64,000 nucleotides of DNA. It comes from Saccostrea cucullata. Lineage: Eukaryota. Positions within the stretch are counted from its first letter, which is position 1. Every line of letters starts with the position of its first letter. The stretch is from assembly GCF_032062105.1 (NCBI RefSeq), contig NW_026931035.1, positions 372,001-436,000 of the forward strand, in the 5' to 3' direction. Shown here in pieces: positions 39,408 through 52,424 of the stretch. The notes beneath the pieces were generated by a model. That model made no database searches. It saw only the letters and a list, made by a program, of their open reading frames with translations, and was not told the DNA's origin. The position numbers were made by a program, and so were the translations under genes.

Positions 39408-42400
39408 TAACTTTGGTGATGCCATTCTTTACCATATTTCCTCCTTTGTAATACCTATTGTGGCCTCGCTGTACCCCCCCCCCCCCCCACACACACACAC
39501 ACACAATATCACAATTTTAATAATTTAGAATCAACACTACCCCAGGATGCTTCTACATAAGTTTCAGCTTTTCTGGCCCAGTGGTTCTTGAGAAGATGAT
39601 TTTTAAAGTATTTTCCTATATATTTTTATGTAAAACTTTGATTCCCTATTGTGGCCCCACCAACCCCTGGGGGTCATGATTTTAACAATTTAGAATCTAC
39701 ACTACCCCAGGATGTTTCCACATAAGTTTCAGCTTTTCTGGCCCAGTGGTTCTGGAGACGAAGATTTTTTAATGACCCTACCCTATTTTTGTCTTTTTTT
39801 TATTTTCTCTCCTTGTGAGGGGTCTTGGCCCTTTATTTTAACAATCTAAACTCCCCTTTAACCATGAATGCTTTGTACCAAGTTTGGTTAAAATTGGCTC
39901 AGTGGTTCTTGAGAAGAAGTCAAAAATGTGAAAAGTTAACAGATGGACGGACTGACAGACAGACAAAATGTGATCAGAAAAGCTCACTTGAGCCTTCGGT
40001 TCAGGTGAGCTAATAAAATTTTATTTCATCATAATTGGTTGATTAATACCAAAGAGCAGATTTCAAAGCATTAATTTATTTTCAGACAAAGTAACCCCCC
40101 CCCCCCTTGCACCCTTGACCCAGGGTCCCTGAAATTAACCATTTTGAAAGAGTTATTTCTCTTCATTATAGATATGTAATTAGATCATTAGCATATTAAC
40201 TAGAAGCAAAGGAAAATATTTTCAAAGAATTTATGCAATTTCACTTTATAATCAATAGAACCCTGCCCAAACACCAGAACCCCTGACCCAGGGGCCATGA
40301 AATTCTTAATTTGGAAGAGACATTCTAGCTCATCATAACTTTGTACTTGGTTAGTTTGTTTAATACCAAGGAGCAGAGAAGAAGATTTTCAAAGAATTTA
40401 TGCAAATTCACTATATAATCAATACAGCCCCGCCCTAACACCAGAATCCCTGACCCAGGGGCCATGAAATTCTTAATTTGGAAGAGACATTCTTGCTCAT
40501 CATAACTTTGTACTTGGTTAGTTCATTTAATACCCAGGAGCAAAGAAGATTTTCAAAGATTTATGCAATTTCACTATATAATCAATAGAGCCCTGCCCTA
40601 ACACCAGAACCCCTGACCCAGGGCCATGAAATTCACAATTTTAGAAGATGCAGCCTTATTCAACATAACTATGTACTTGGTTAGTTTATTTAATGCCCAG
40701 GAGCAGAGAAGAAGATTTTCAAAGAAATACAATGTAATGCATTTTCACTAGTACTGTAAATCACTTTTTATTAGTGAGAACTTTATTTTCGCGTAATTAG
40801 CCCCGCTCGCATATAATAGAGTTCCTTAAGATTATATAGAGCAATGGCCACACTTCGTGAAAATTTTGTCTCGCTTATAAAGAGTCAATGACTCTCTCGT
40901 GAAAATAAGGTCTCGCGAAAATTAAGTGATCTACAGTATATAATCTATTTAGCCCCGCCCTAGCATTAGAACCCACGACCCTAGGGCCATGAATTTCACA
41001 ATTTTGGTAGAGGACTCCATGCTGATTACAATCATGCCAATAGTTTGACTGCTTGATGTCCAGGAGTAAAGAAGAATTTTAAAGATTGCATTAATTTTAG
41101 TGGTTTTGGCCCCATCCCTCAGGCCCCAGGGGTGGGGGGGGGGGCGGGACCATGAAATTCACAATTTTTGTTCCCCTTCACCCATAGATGCTTTGTGCCA
41201 AATTTGATTGAAATTGGTTGAGCGGTTGCAGAGAAGAAGCTCAAAATGTTCAAATGTTAACACACGACAGACGACGCACGACGATGGACGAAAACAGATA
41301 GCAATAGGTCAAGTGACCTAAAAAAACAATAAAACAAGAGGCCCATGGGCCACAACACTCATCTGAGTAACTTCGGGTTTTTCCTATATATATAAATTCA
41401 AAAATTGGACACCTTATTATGACCCTACCCCAGGGGTCAAGATTAGAACAATTTAGAATGTACACTATCCCAGGTTGCATCCAAGTTTTAGCTATTCTGG
41501 CCCAGTGGTTCTTAGGAAGAAAATCTGATTTTTTTCCTTTTTATTTCAACGTAAAATTAGTTTCCCTATTGATGTCATGCCTACCTCCAAGGGTCATGAT
41601 TTGAACAATTTAGAATCTACAATACCCCAAGAAACTTCCACTTCAAGTTTTTTTTCTGCCGAGTGGTTCTTGAGAAGATTTTTTAATGACCAAACCAATT
41701 TTTTGTTTTTTCTTGATTATCTCCCCTTGTAAGGGCCTTTAGGGGGCTTTTTCCTTAATTTTAAAATAGAAACTCCCCTTTTACCCACGGATGCTTTGAA
41801 CCAACCTTAGTTAAAATTGGCCCATTGGTTCTTGAGAAGAAGTTTAAAATGTGAAAAGTTTACAGAAAGATAGACAGACAACAGGAGGTCAGAAAAGCTC
41901 ACCTGAGCTGAAAGCTCAGGTGAGCTAGAAAACTGACTCATCACAGTCATATATGACATATTTTTGGTAAGTTCAGACTAACTAAAATTAAAAAGATCTT
42001 TCTATTTGTTTTGTTACTGATTACTGTATAGGGGGAAAATAACTCGCGGTTTTAATATTCGCTATATTCACGGTGATAATAAATCCGTGAATTCAAGAAA
42101 CAGTGAATAATTTTTCAATAATCTCCATGTTTTATTGGAAATTTGAGAATAGACTAGGATAGGTTTAAATACATGTATCACAGTGCATGGTCATTTCAGT
42201 AATTACGAGTAGTACTTGTCATTCAATTATTTTAATAAGCATGCTTTACATTAATTCAAATCAACAGATAATAACCTGTATTTGTTAAAAGGCTTTTTAA
42301 TAGCCAACGCTACGTTTCATCAATCAAAACATGTGGGCCATGAGTTTTGATTACCCGTGCGTAACTAATGTTACCAGGCACGGTGTGTGCATTACCACTC

Positions 42401-45400
42401 ACGTGCCAAAAGTATGTCAATTTTTTGTGTTAATAAATTAAATCAATAATTTTTTTTTCAATAAAAATTTATTTTCACTCACGAATTTTGACTTATCCAT
42501 GTCACCATTAAGCTGCCGTATATTATGTAATGCCTTTGTAAACCGGAAGTTGTCATAACTTCTGCTATTTTTCCATTGTCAATGTAAACAACAAGCATGG
42601 GACGAAGGGGACGAGAACTTACCATTGATGAAAAGAAGACCGTAATATCCCTAATAGAAAGTGGATTAAAAGCGGTGAAAGTAGCTGAATTACTAAATTT
42701 GAATTCCTCGACAATTTGTCGATTCTTAAAGCGAAGCGGGGTGACGTTGAAAATAAACCTCGAAGTGGACGACCCCCTTCCATGACAGTTCGCGACCACA
42801 CGGCTCTCTCTAGAATCGTAAAAAAAGACAGAAGAAAAACTTTAACAGAAATAACCGATGAATACAACAGGTCAGTGCCAAATTCTGTACCTAAGAGGAC
42901 TATTCCTCAGGTCTCTCTACTCCAGTCTACCGAAACGATGTCGGAAAGTGATCGCATCCAAAGGCTTCATCACAAAATATTAAGTCAAAATACGAAGAAA
43001 TAAGGTAAGTGCATCATTTTTTATTCAAGTAGTAAACAAAAACTATGGCGGCCATCTTGTGAAAAAATTGACATACTTTTGGCACGTGAGTGTATACATT
43101 GACACACATTTATTACCGTCCAGTGGTTTTTTTGCCGCGTTGTTTTGAAGATCTTGGGGTGTACATGCACCTGTTTTAATTAATCGTCAATTATTTATTA
43201 AGTCTAACTATTTTATATTAACCTAATCTGTTTTTGTGAAATAAAGACATAAGAATGATGAATGTCGTTTACATGTAGCTATGGTATGGATTAAACGAAT
43301 ACAGACAAGGGAGGTAACTTCTATAACATAAGAATTCTGCGAATTCAAGAAACCACGATTGTGTCCGATGAGAGAAAACCGTGAAAATTACAACACGTGA
43401 TATTAATCCCCTATACAGTATAAAGATAGGATTTTCCTGTAAATTACACAATTTAAATCAATCACATTTCATAGATATCTGAGATTTAAAACAACAACCG
43501 ATTTATATGTTTTTACCGACTAGGAATTTAAATATCAGAAACAGTTTAAAGTCACTTTAACTATGGAAACATGGGGATATTTAAATTTAAAATCAGTGAA
43601 AAATTTAATTTGAATGTAATAAGCAAATATCATGTAAATCTAAACTTAATCTCGTATTTTTATTTTTTAGCTCAGATATGCCGTATATTGCTTTGAAGAT
43701 AATACAAAATGTCAAACTCACTATACTATAAGATGCATAACCCCTTGTACTATGAGGTATCTAACATTTTATTCAAGGAGATGTCTAACCTTTTTCACAG
43801 AGTCTTTCATTTTATATTTTTAAGATTTCTTACTGATTTTTACGACAGGATGTGTAAATCAGTGAATATTTTTCATATGTTCTCTCCTCGCTATAAATTT
43901 TATAACTCATAATAAACAATGTTACAGCCTTACCCTTTGTACTATTGAAGAATTCCTGTAGCCTCCCTGGGCTGTCGCTGAGTTTCTCGTACTCGTGTGC
44001 CTGAAGAATCATCTCAAATTTGTCCAGATCCTTAACAAATTTAGCCTCCTCACTCTTCTGAAATTCATAATCCTACAAAGAGAAAACAAACAGTCAAAAG
44101 AGTGGTGAAAGGGCAATAACTCTTCCTTCAAAAACTATTAAAAAGAAATTATTACAATACTGTAGACGTACTTTTTTTCACGGGGTCATAATTCCACGGA
44201 ATCTCAATATCTGTTTAATCCGCGGGTAGAAAATTACGCGGATTTTCCAGATTGTCACTATATTTGCCTTACAATTATATTAAGTACGCTTTGACAAATT
44301 TCCGCGGAAAAATGATGAACGCGTACATAGCGTAAATTAATACCACGCGGAAAAAAGTACTTATACAGTATTTAAACTGAAAAGCAAACCAAAATAATTC
44401 TAAAACATGTCAGATTGTAAAAATTAATTATATTTCATTTGAATTTTATATTTATAATACAATATTTTCACAATTAACAACTCTGAATCCAGAGTGAATT
44501 TCCAAGTTGTTTCATTTGATCACCTCCCATAATTCATAGAGCTCTTGACCCACTTCCTCTGGAACCAAACTGCAGATGTGTTTCATGGCTTCCTAAAACA
44601 TATTACAAATTATTACCAGTAATAATTACATCTATCATATAGAAAATTCAAAGTCATAACTCAAAGTCTTCATCATTATCAATGCAGTGGATTGAGACAT
44701 TTCAACCATAGCTATAAAATTGGATAAGATGACAAAATGTTATGTGAAAATAAATACATTCAAATCTGATCAAGTTGAAAAAAAAAATTGAAAACATGAC
44801 TCTTCAACTTAATAAACGACGCATGCTATATAAGCTACAGACCCATTTAATTTTTCAGGATTCATTAATAAAAGTAACTATACCATTTCCTGCTTTTGTT
44901 TCTCAGACTTTGGAATTTCGTCCTGAGGAGTAAGATCCCCCACGATACATTCAGCAAGATCATGGACCAGACTTATCTTGATACATCTGTCAATGGAAAG
45001 AAATGAAATGTCACAGAAGATTACCAATTATATGGCGACTCTGATACTAGCCTACATGCTGCAGTGTATGTGTATCAAATAAGTTCTCTCTCTCCACTGA
45101 CTATTACATCTATATCACCTTAATGAATTACACTGTATACAGAAGGCCAGGTACTGAATTACTTATTTTATGACAATTTGGGGAAAATCATTTCAGCCCT
45201 TGATAATAGGTGAAGACCTACAATCCTAGGCAACAGTTTTCCAAGTCCTCTCTATTTCATTATGACAAAAGTTTGACTATTCCACTATTATTCATTATTA
45301 ATATTATATATAAGTGTATTCTATTTATTTTACATGCATACGTTTGCAAACAGAGAAGTAAAGTAAAGTACATGTTAAATGCTGTGCAAGTATAATTTTC

Positions 45401-47506
45401 AACAAAAGGAAAAACCAGAAGTCTCTGATAAGACTGTAGCTCTACTGGTGTGTACGTATAACAAAGGAAAAGTACCCGGTAGCACTTGCATTTGAAACTT
45501 CGCAACAAGCAGCAATGAATATGATTATATATGTATCTTAGTGTAGTCTACCTGTGTGCCAAGTTATATTAAAATCAGACCAAAACTGTAGGAGGAGCAG
45601 CATTTAAAAGGAATTTCACAGAAATTTCTATTTTTAGTAACCATGGCAACATCATTCATCAAAATCAAAAACTGATGCACTAAATTATATATCTAAGTGT
45701 AGTCTACTTGTGTGCCAAGTTATATTGAAATCAGACCAAAACTGTAGGAGGAGTAGTGTTTTAAAGGAATTTCACAGAAAATACTATTTTTAGTAACCAT
45801 GGCAACACCTTTCATCGAAATCAAAAACTATGCACTAAATTATGTATCTTAAGGTAGTCTACTTGTGTGCCAAGTTATATTGAAATCAGACCAAAACTGT
45901 AGCAGGAGTAGCGTTTTAAAGGAATATCACAGAATTTTCTATTTTTAGTAACCATGGCAACATCGTTCATTGAAATAAAAAACTGATGCACTAAATTATG
46001 TATCTTAGTGTAGTCTACTTGTGAGCCAAGTTATATTGAAATCAGACCAAAACTGTAGGAGGAGTAGCGTTTTAAAAGAATTTCACAGAAAAAACTATTT
46101 TTAGTAACCATGGCAACACCGTTCATCGAAATAAAAAACCAAAATAAAAACAATGCACTATATTATGTATCTTATGTAGTCTACTTGTGTGCCAAATTAT
46201 AATGAAAGCAGACCAAAACTGTAGGAGGAGTAGCATTTTGAAAAATTGTTTACAGACAGATGGACAGCTAGGCAGACAGACGGACAGCTAGCTAGACAGA
46301 CGGACGGACGACAGACACCTTACTATGGCATAAGCTCTTCTGGTCTCTAACCAGTAGAGCTAAAAAATCATTCAGTAGTCTACTGCTTTATAACAAGCAG
46401 TTTGATAAGCAGTACAATTTGGACCTGTCTTTATTGAGATGATCTAGTTTGATAAGCAGTACAATTTGGACCTGTCTTTATTGAGACCTGAGGAAGGATC
46501 CACTAGGAATGATAGAAGGGCCATTCTGTACATATGATCAGCCACCGACTCCGGGTCTTTTACTTTTCTCAAAACCCAACCAGTTCTCTTCACTCTCTGA
46601 AATATAAATCAAAAAATTACTATTGATCTGCCATCATGAACATTCAGCCATGAATGAACACTCAAGTAACAAATCAAATATATGCATTTTAAATCTTTTA
46701 TATCTGGCTATGGTACATATAACTGTAAGAAAGGTAGAAACATGCAATTCATTGTATATTCAAAAGACATGGCAAAATTAATGCATAGGGAAAAGAAAAA
46801 AAAAACACTCATCTTTCCACAATTGATAAAGCATTATTCATTAAAACAAGAGGTCCATGGGCCACATCGCTCACCTAAATAGCTTGACCATGCTGTTTTT
46901 TAACCAGATTTTCCCTCTTGTAATACCTTTTGGGACCCAATCCTACCCCCAGGGGTCACAATTTAGACAATTTAAAAGCTACACTACCCCAGGATGCTTT
47001 CGCATAAGTTTCAGCTTTTCTGGCCCAGTAGTTCCAATGAAGAAGATTTTTAAAGATTTTTCCTATATATTTCAATGTAAAACTTGGGTTTCCTATTGTG
47101 GCCCTGCCCTCCCCCGGGGGTCATGATTTGAATAATTTAGAACCTACACAAACCAAGGATGCTTCCACATAAGTTTCAGTTTTTTTGGCCATGTGGTTCT
47201 TGAGAAGAAGATTTTTAGAGATTATTCCTAAATATTTCAGTGTAAAACTTGAGTTACCTAGTATTGTGGCCCACCCTCCTCCCTGGGGTCATGATTTGAA
47301 CAATTTAGAATCTACACTACCCCAGGTTGCTTTCACATTAGTTTCAGCTTTTCTGACCCTGTGGTTCTTAAGAAGAAGATTTTTTTAATGACCCCACCCT
47401 ATTTTTGTCTTTTCTTGATCATCTCCCCTTGTGAAGAGACTTGGCCCTTCATTTTAACAATTTAAACTCCCCTTCACCCTAGGATGCTTTGTACCAAGTT
47501 TGGTTA

Positions 47507-47543
<37 letters not shown>

Positions 47544-47693
47544 GTTAAGAGTTTACAGACGGACAGACAGCTAGACGGACAAAATATGATCAGAAAAGCT
47601 CACTTGAAGGCTCATATGAACTAAAATATTATGCAAGTAAACCTTAACCTTTAGATCGCCAATGAAACTCATAAATTTCAACAGTTTGTCCAT
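38970..47693 (-). CDS. HDDC2: 5'-deoxynucleotidase HDDC2 (184 aa); exons 47693-47649, 46596-46472, 44986-44884, 44592-44524, 44072-43934, 39043-38970
   Basis: [15 protein letters not shown]|[25 protein letters not shown]...[15 protein letters not shown]...[18 protein letters not shown]...; HD-domain motifs; all GT-AG with consistent phases. Confidence 0.95.
39068..41325 (-). mobile_element. HINE-like element (inverted relative of 34291-36010) with nested HINE (39372-40015) and MITE (40752-40938)
   Basis: Ends aacaagaggccctcgggccttataggtcacctgagt ... gtgacctaaaaa; ~170-bp units; clear interruptions. Confidence 0.88.
41331..41930 (-). mobile_element. HINE-like element
   Basis: aacaagaggcccatgggccac ... 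gctcacctgagct-gaa-agctcaggtgagc. Confidence 0.85.
42022..43419. mobile_element. TACTG...CAGTA MITE hosting the Tc1 remnant
   Basis: TIR tactgtatagggg / cccctatacagta. Confidence 0.7.
42396..43092 (+). mobile_element. Internally deleted Tc1/mariner element; frameshifted transposase DNA-binding region (42597-~42905)
   Basis: 30-bp perfect TIR cactcacgtgccaaaagtatgtcaattttt; [19 protein letters not shown]...SSTICRFLK /frameshift/ [32 protein letters not shown] (paired-like HTH plus GRPR-type motif); no DDE domain. Confidence 0.9.
44158..44370. mobile_element. TACTG...CAGTA MITE
   Basis: tactgtagacgtactttttt / aaaaaagtacttatacagta. Confidence 0.7.
45505..46367 (-). mobile_element. HINE-like element with ~156-bp tandem core (~5 units)
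   Basis: gtagtctacttgtgtgccaagttatattgaaatcagacc recurs every ~156 bp; (GACA/GACG)n tract; terminal hairpin. Confidence 0.85.
46843..47626 (-). mobile_element. HINE-like element in HDDC2 intron 1
   Basis: Same family as 4190-5100 and 39372-40015. Confidence 0.85.
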
Positions 47694-48121
47694 TGTTTAC
47701 ATTTTAGATAGGGTATAACTGGTCCCATTTTGATTCAAATTTCTATATAAATTATGTCTCATCTAATAATTGATGAAATTAAGGTAAATAAATAGTAAAA
47801 AATTAGAAGTACTTTCCATTTTTTCAGAAAGATTTAAATGCTAACAATATTTCCAAAGAAATAAAAACACAAACATTTATTTTTTTAATTTACTAGTTTT
47901 ACCTATTCCTTTCACGGTCAGCTAATTGCAGGAAAGATCGACCTGGATTAAATAAAATGTTCGTAATATAGGGTGTATACACTTTTAAAACTTGCATATA
48001 TAACTTAACTTTACTATTTTATAAATTCCGAAATGTATTTAATTATGAAATATTGTCAACTTCAAATTAAATTAGAAAGTTTGATAGCTGCTGCGTTAAC
48101 TAGTGAAATCTCCAAACAAAG
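47694..48121. promoter_or_regulatory. Bidirectional promoter of HDDC2 and MRPS28
   Basis: Divergent ATGs 428 bp apart; AAGATGGCG YY1-like motif over the MRPS28 start. Confidence 0.7.
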
Positions 48122-48603
48122 ATGGCGACCAATCTTGTGAGGAAAATGTGTTCAGCGAAACTTTTTCGCAAAGGTCAAAGGAGTATAACAACGACGTCAC
48201 GTTTAAGTGTTGCTGGCTACAAAAAACTTCTTGAGGATCGAGACATCGAGTTACTGAAAAAGAAAATTGGCGATTTAGAGGCAACACCGGCTCCAAATCT
48301 TGCAGACAAGAATGTGACTTTTGAGGCATTGTTTCGAAGATCAAAGTTTTGTCAGTTAGGGGACATTTCAAATTCAATAGTAATGGGTAAAGTGATTGAC
48401 GTTGTCTGTGATGATTTGTATATTGACTTTGGGGGTAAATTTCATTGCGTGTGTCCGCGTCCTTTGACCACAGAGATAGTAAAAAATGAAGAGACTGGAA
48501 AAGAGGAAATAATACAGCGCTTTGATGATAGGTACTGATATTCTTTTATGCTGAATCACATCAACGAATCTCTGAAGGTGTTAATGGAACGACTTTACTT
48601 TAC

Positions 48604-48634
<31 letters not shown>

Positions 48635-50292
48635 TATGTCCTATGGACTCGGTTTAACGATAGAATTCGTTACGTGTATTCTCAATGTAGCAAAATAAAC
48701 GCGGGCGATAACTCGTACTCAGTGCATTTACTATGAACAATACAGAGAGTTCCAAATGTAAACATGGCAGGTAAATTTGTAGTTAGAATAATCTAACTGT
48801 GTCTCGGTACAAGCCCTCACCACAGTTAGAATACGTCCCATATACTTGCAATGTAGCAAATCGGAGCGGATCCACTCCGAAACGATTTCGAAGAATATAA
48901 AATGATTTGCACTGGGAATAACTACCAAAATAATCAAAACAAACCTTTTTGAGATTGCTTATGCCTTTTATCCCAAAAAATAATCCATATAAATACGAAA
49001 ATCCAATCAATTTTCTCAACGTTTTTCTCTCGATTCAAATTACCTGCCATGTTTACATTCGGAACTCTCTAGATTGTTCCTAGTAAATGCAATATGCGAG
49101 TTATCGCCCATGTTTCTTTTTGCTACATTACGAATACACCATGTACACGGGACGAATTCTATCGTTAAACCGGGTCCGTAGGACAATATCATTTTAAAGA
49201 TAGAACATTCTATCTAGTAAATTTGAAGCGAGAAAAACTATTGAGAAAATAAGTTGAATTTTCGTCTTTCTGTGAATTATTTTTTGGGATAAAAGGCATA
49301 TACAATCTCAAAAAGGTTTGTTACAATTAATTTGGAAGTTATTTTCAGTGCAAGTCTTTTTGAATTCTTCAAAATCCTTTTAGAGCGATTCTGCAATTAT
49401 TTGCTACATAGCGAGTATATGGGAGGTATTCTAACTGTGGTGAGGGCTTGTCCCGAGACACAGTTAGATTATTCTAATTATACTTTACCGGTCCCCAGAA
49501 AAACGCGCTAAAATGTAGTGTCGCCAAAGGCGACTTCAGTATATATGAGATCGTGTGAGCGATCGAAAAAAATTAAAATACGAGGTTTTTGGGCCTATTG
49601 CCCAATTAAATTCTACGGTTAAAAGTTTAGTTTAAAACTTTGTTTTTAAACGTAGTTTTTAACCCTGTTCTCTGAAAAAAAATAATAAGTACATGTATTG
49701 TTTATTCATGGAAAAAATTGACAAAGAATAATTCTGAACGATGCGCATGCTTGGTGCCATTTCTTTCTGACTTAGCCATTCTTCCATGTATGATGTAAAT
49801 AAACGAAATGTCATGGAAGCTGAATTATGATCTTGGAAAAATTACAGAAACAACTGAATTTCTTAAACTTCATACAGAAAATTTATTCTTTCTTTTATTC
49901 TTAAATTTTTAAAAAGAAATCTTCAATATCTTCATATTCTTCTTCATATTCTTCTCCATAGTTTCATTCAGAATTTCTGGTAAACTCAAAAGTCTGCAGA
50001 AAATGTATTAATATTCCAGGAACATGTTTTCATAGACTGATAGAACAATTAGCTGGTTATTTCTGAAATGATAGATGAAACAGTTTTACCCTGTGTAAAA
50101 TTTAATTTATATTTTTACAGCTACACATATGGTACAAGAGTAAAATTACTGCTGAAGGAATTTGAAATGGCCGACAAATTTCTAGGATCAGCACGCTATA
50201 CATCTTTACTCGAGGCAGATGCAGTTCTCCTCGGACATGTGACACAAAAAGAAATTCTGCAAGAAGAATTGCAAGAAAATATATTGTATTGA
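48122..50292 (+). CDS. MRPS28: Mitochondrial ribosomal protein S28 (bS1m), 193 aa; exons 48122-48531, 50121-50292
   Basis: DDLYIDFGGKFHCVCPRP, YGTRVKL, FLG...LLEADAVLLG motifs; phase-2 GT-AG intron. Confidence 0.95.
48604..49488. repeat. Interleaved inverted repeat A-B-A'-B' (unclassified element)
   Basis: 48604-48779 is the reverse complement of 49036-49217; 48781-49041 is the reverse complement of 49219-49478 (diverged). Confidence 0.85.
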
Positions 50293-50753
50293 TTTGATTA
50301 AAATTCTTATTATAAATGGAATGCCATGTGTGTGTTTATTTGTTTTTGGAATTAAACAAGATAATCATTTATAAGGAAACCTAAAAAAAAGAAAATGAGC
50401 AAATATAGTTTGTCATTTGATAAACCAGATGTTTCAATTGCAAATTATAGTTTAAAGAACATAAATTATAGTTCAGGATATTAATCAATAATTAATATAT
50501 CTAAACTATAACTGTATACACATAGATCTTAAACTGTTTACACTGTACTTCTCGGTGAGGTACACATCACTGAACCTGTGAATGTATTGGTTTGTATCAT
50601 GGATATTGGCCTGGGAAGCTCAGTAGGTAGAGCACCTGACTTGTGATATAGGGATTAGTCAAACAATTCAGCCAAACATTTTCTCCTTTACTTAACAGAC
50701 AACGCCATTAACCACCCCTGGAATTGTTGGTGAAATTCCTGCAAGGGGTAAAT

Positions 50754-51069
50754 AACAAGAGGTCCATGGGCCACATCGTTCACATGAGTAAATTTAGCCA
50801 TGCTATTCTATACCATATTTCCCTCTTGTAATTTCTATTATGATCCCACCCCAACCCCGGTGGTCATGATCTGGAAAATTTAGAATCTACACTATTCCAG
50901 GATGCTTCCACATAAGTTTCAACTTTTCTGGCCCAGGGGTTCTTGAGAAGATTTTTTTAATGACCCCACCATATTTTTGTCTTTTCTTGATTATCTCCCT
51001 TTTTTAAGAGGATTTGGCTCCTCACTGTAATAATTTAATCTCCCCCTCACCCAAGGATGTTTTTTTACA

Positions 51070-51100
<31 letters not shown>

Positions 51101-51195
51101 AAGAGTTTAAAATGTGAACAGTTTACAGATGGAGTAACAGATAACGGATGTTCCGAAAAGCTCAGTTGAGCTTTCAGCTCAAGAGAACTAAAAAC
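50754..51195 (-). mobile_element. HINE-like element, flanked by two tRNA-like A-box fragments (~50608, ~51260)
   Basis: aacaagaggtccatgggccacatcg start and terminal hairpin; ggcctggg(a/t)agctcag..tagagcacctg occurs twice. Confidence 0.75.
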
Positions 51196-52424
51196 TTGGG
51201 TTGTTTGGGAAAACAATTCAAGGAAGGAGGAATGTAATATTTTTGGACATATACATATTGGCCTGGGTAGCTCAGAAGTTAGAGCACCTGGCTAGAGATA
51301 CAAGGGTCCATGCATCTTCAGCCATTCATTTTCTCCTTTCATAGGACCAGAAGATTTTAAACTGATGTGAAAGTTTCATTATTATCTGAAGATAAAAATA
51401 TGTTGAAATTATAATCCCTAGTCCCTTAAGGTTAGTGTGGGGCCAAAATAGACGATCAAAGTCTATTAAAAAGGACTATCATATTATAGAAAATACTCCG
51501 TAAATTAAAAATCTCTTGTTAGAACAGCGATGGCATGGATGGCGCTTGTTTCAAACAATTGGCTAGTTTTTTATACTATATAATAAAACGTGTTATTATA
51601 TACATGAAGTATAAAAAACTAGCCTATTGCATAAAAAAGCGCCCGTGATGGGTGGTCATCATGGTGTAGAAGTTTGTTCAAATCATGACCATTGTGGGTG
51701 GGTGATACTACAGTGGAGGTTCAAAGTTTTAAATGGGAATATATGAAAAATCTTTTACATGTATTATAATGCCATGAAATTATCTGCGGATATACAAATA
51801 GTAGATTTAAGTTTGTTCAAACCATGACCCTTACGTTATGTAGGGCCACAAAAGACTATCCAAGTTTTACATGGTATTATACTGGTAAATTAAACAAACT
51901 AGAGAACTGAGGAAAAAATGCATATGGGAAACGGAAAAAGTCATCCTTGACCTTTCGGCTTTTTGTCTTACGGTTAATAGAGGTCTTCCTGACTCGTTTT
52001 ATTGCAAAATCTTACATAGAACCAAAGATTGTTATCATTGAAAACGATAAGTATACAATGTCTGGATCTTTGACATCAAACGTAATGGTTTTTGTACAGT
52101 GTATATTAAAGTTGAACTGATAAAAGACATAAAATTCCACTGCAAAATTTTGAAGAGAACTATGTTAAATTATCACAAGAAAGCCATTTTTAAGGAATCT
52201 TTTTAAAAGTGTCTTGGAGTTTAAATATAGAATTTCATTTAAAAAAGCTTTACGGGAACTTCAGTTTCATCTGTATGCCATCTTTGCAATACGAGTATTT
52301 GAATTTCTTACCTTGATCGTTTTTTCTCAAAATCGGGGTTCATTTTAAAGTCACAGGGAGAAATGATACAAAAGTTCATTTACAAAATGATCACAGTATC
52401 TTAAGTTATCATCTGGAAAGCCAC

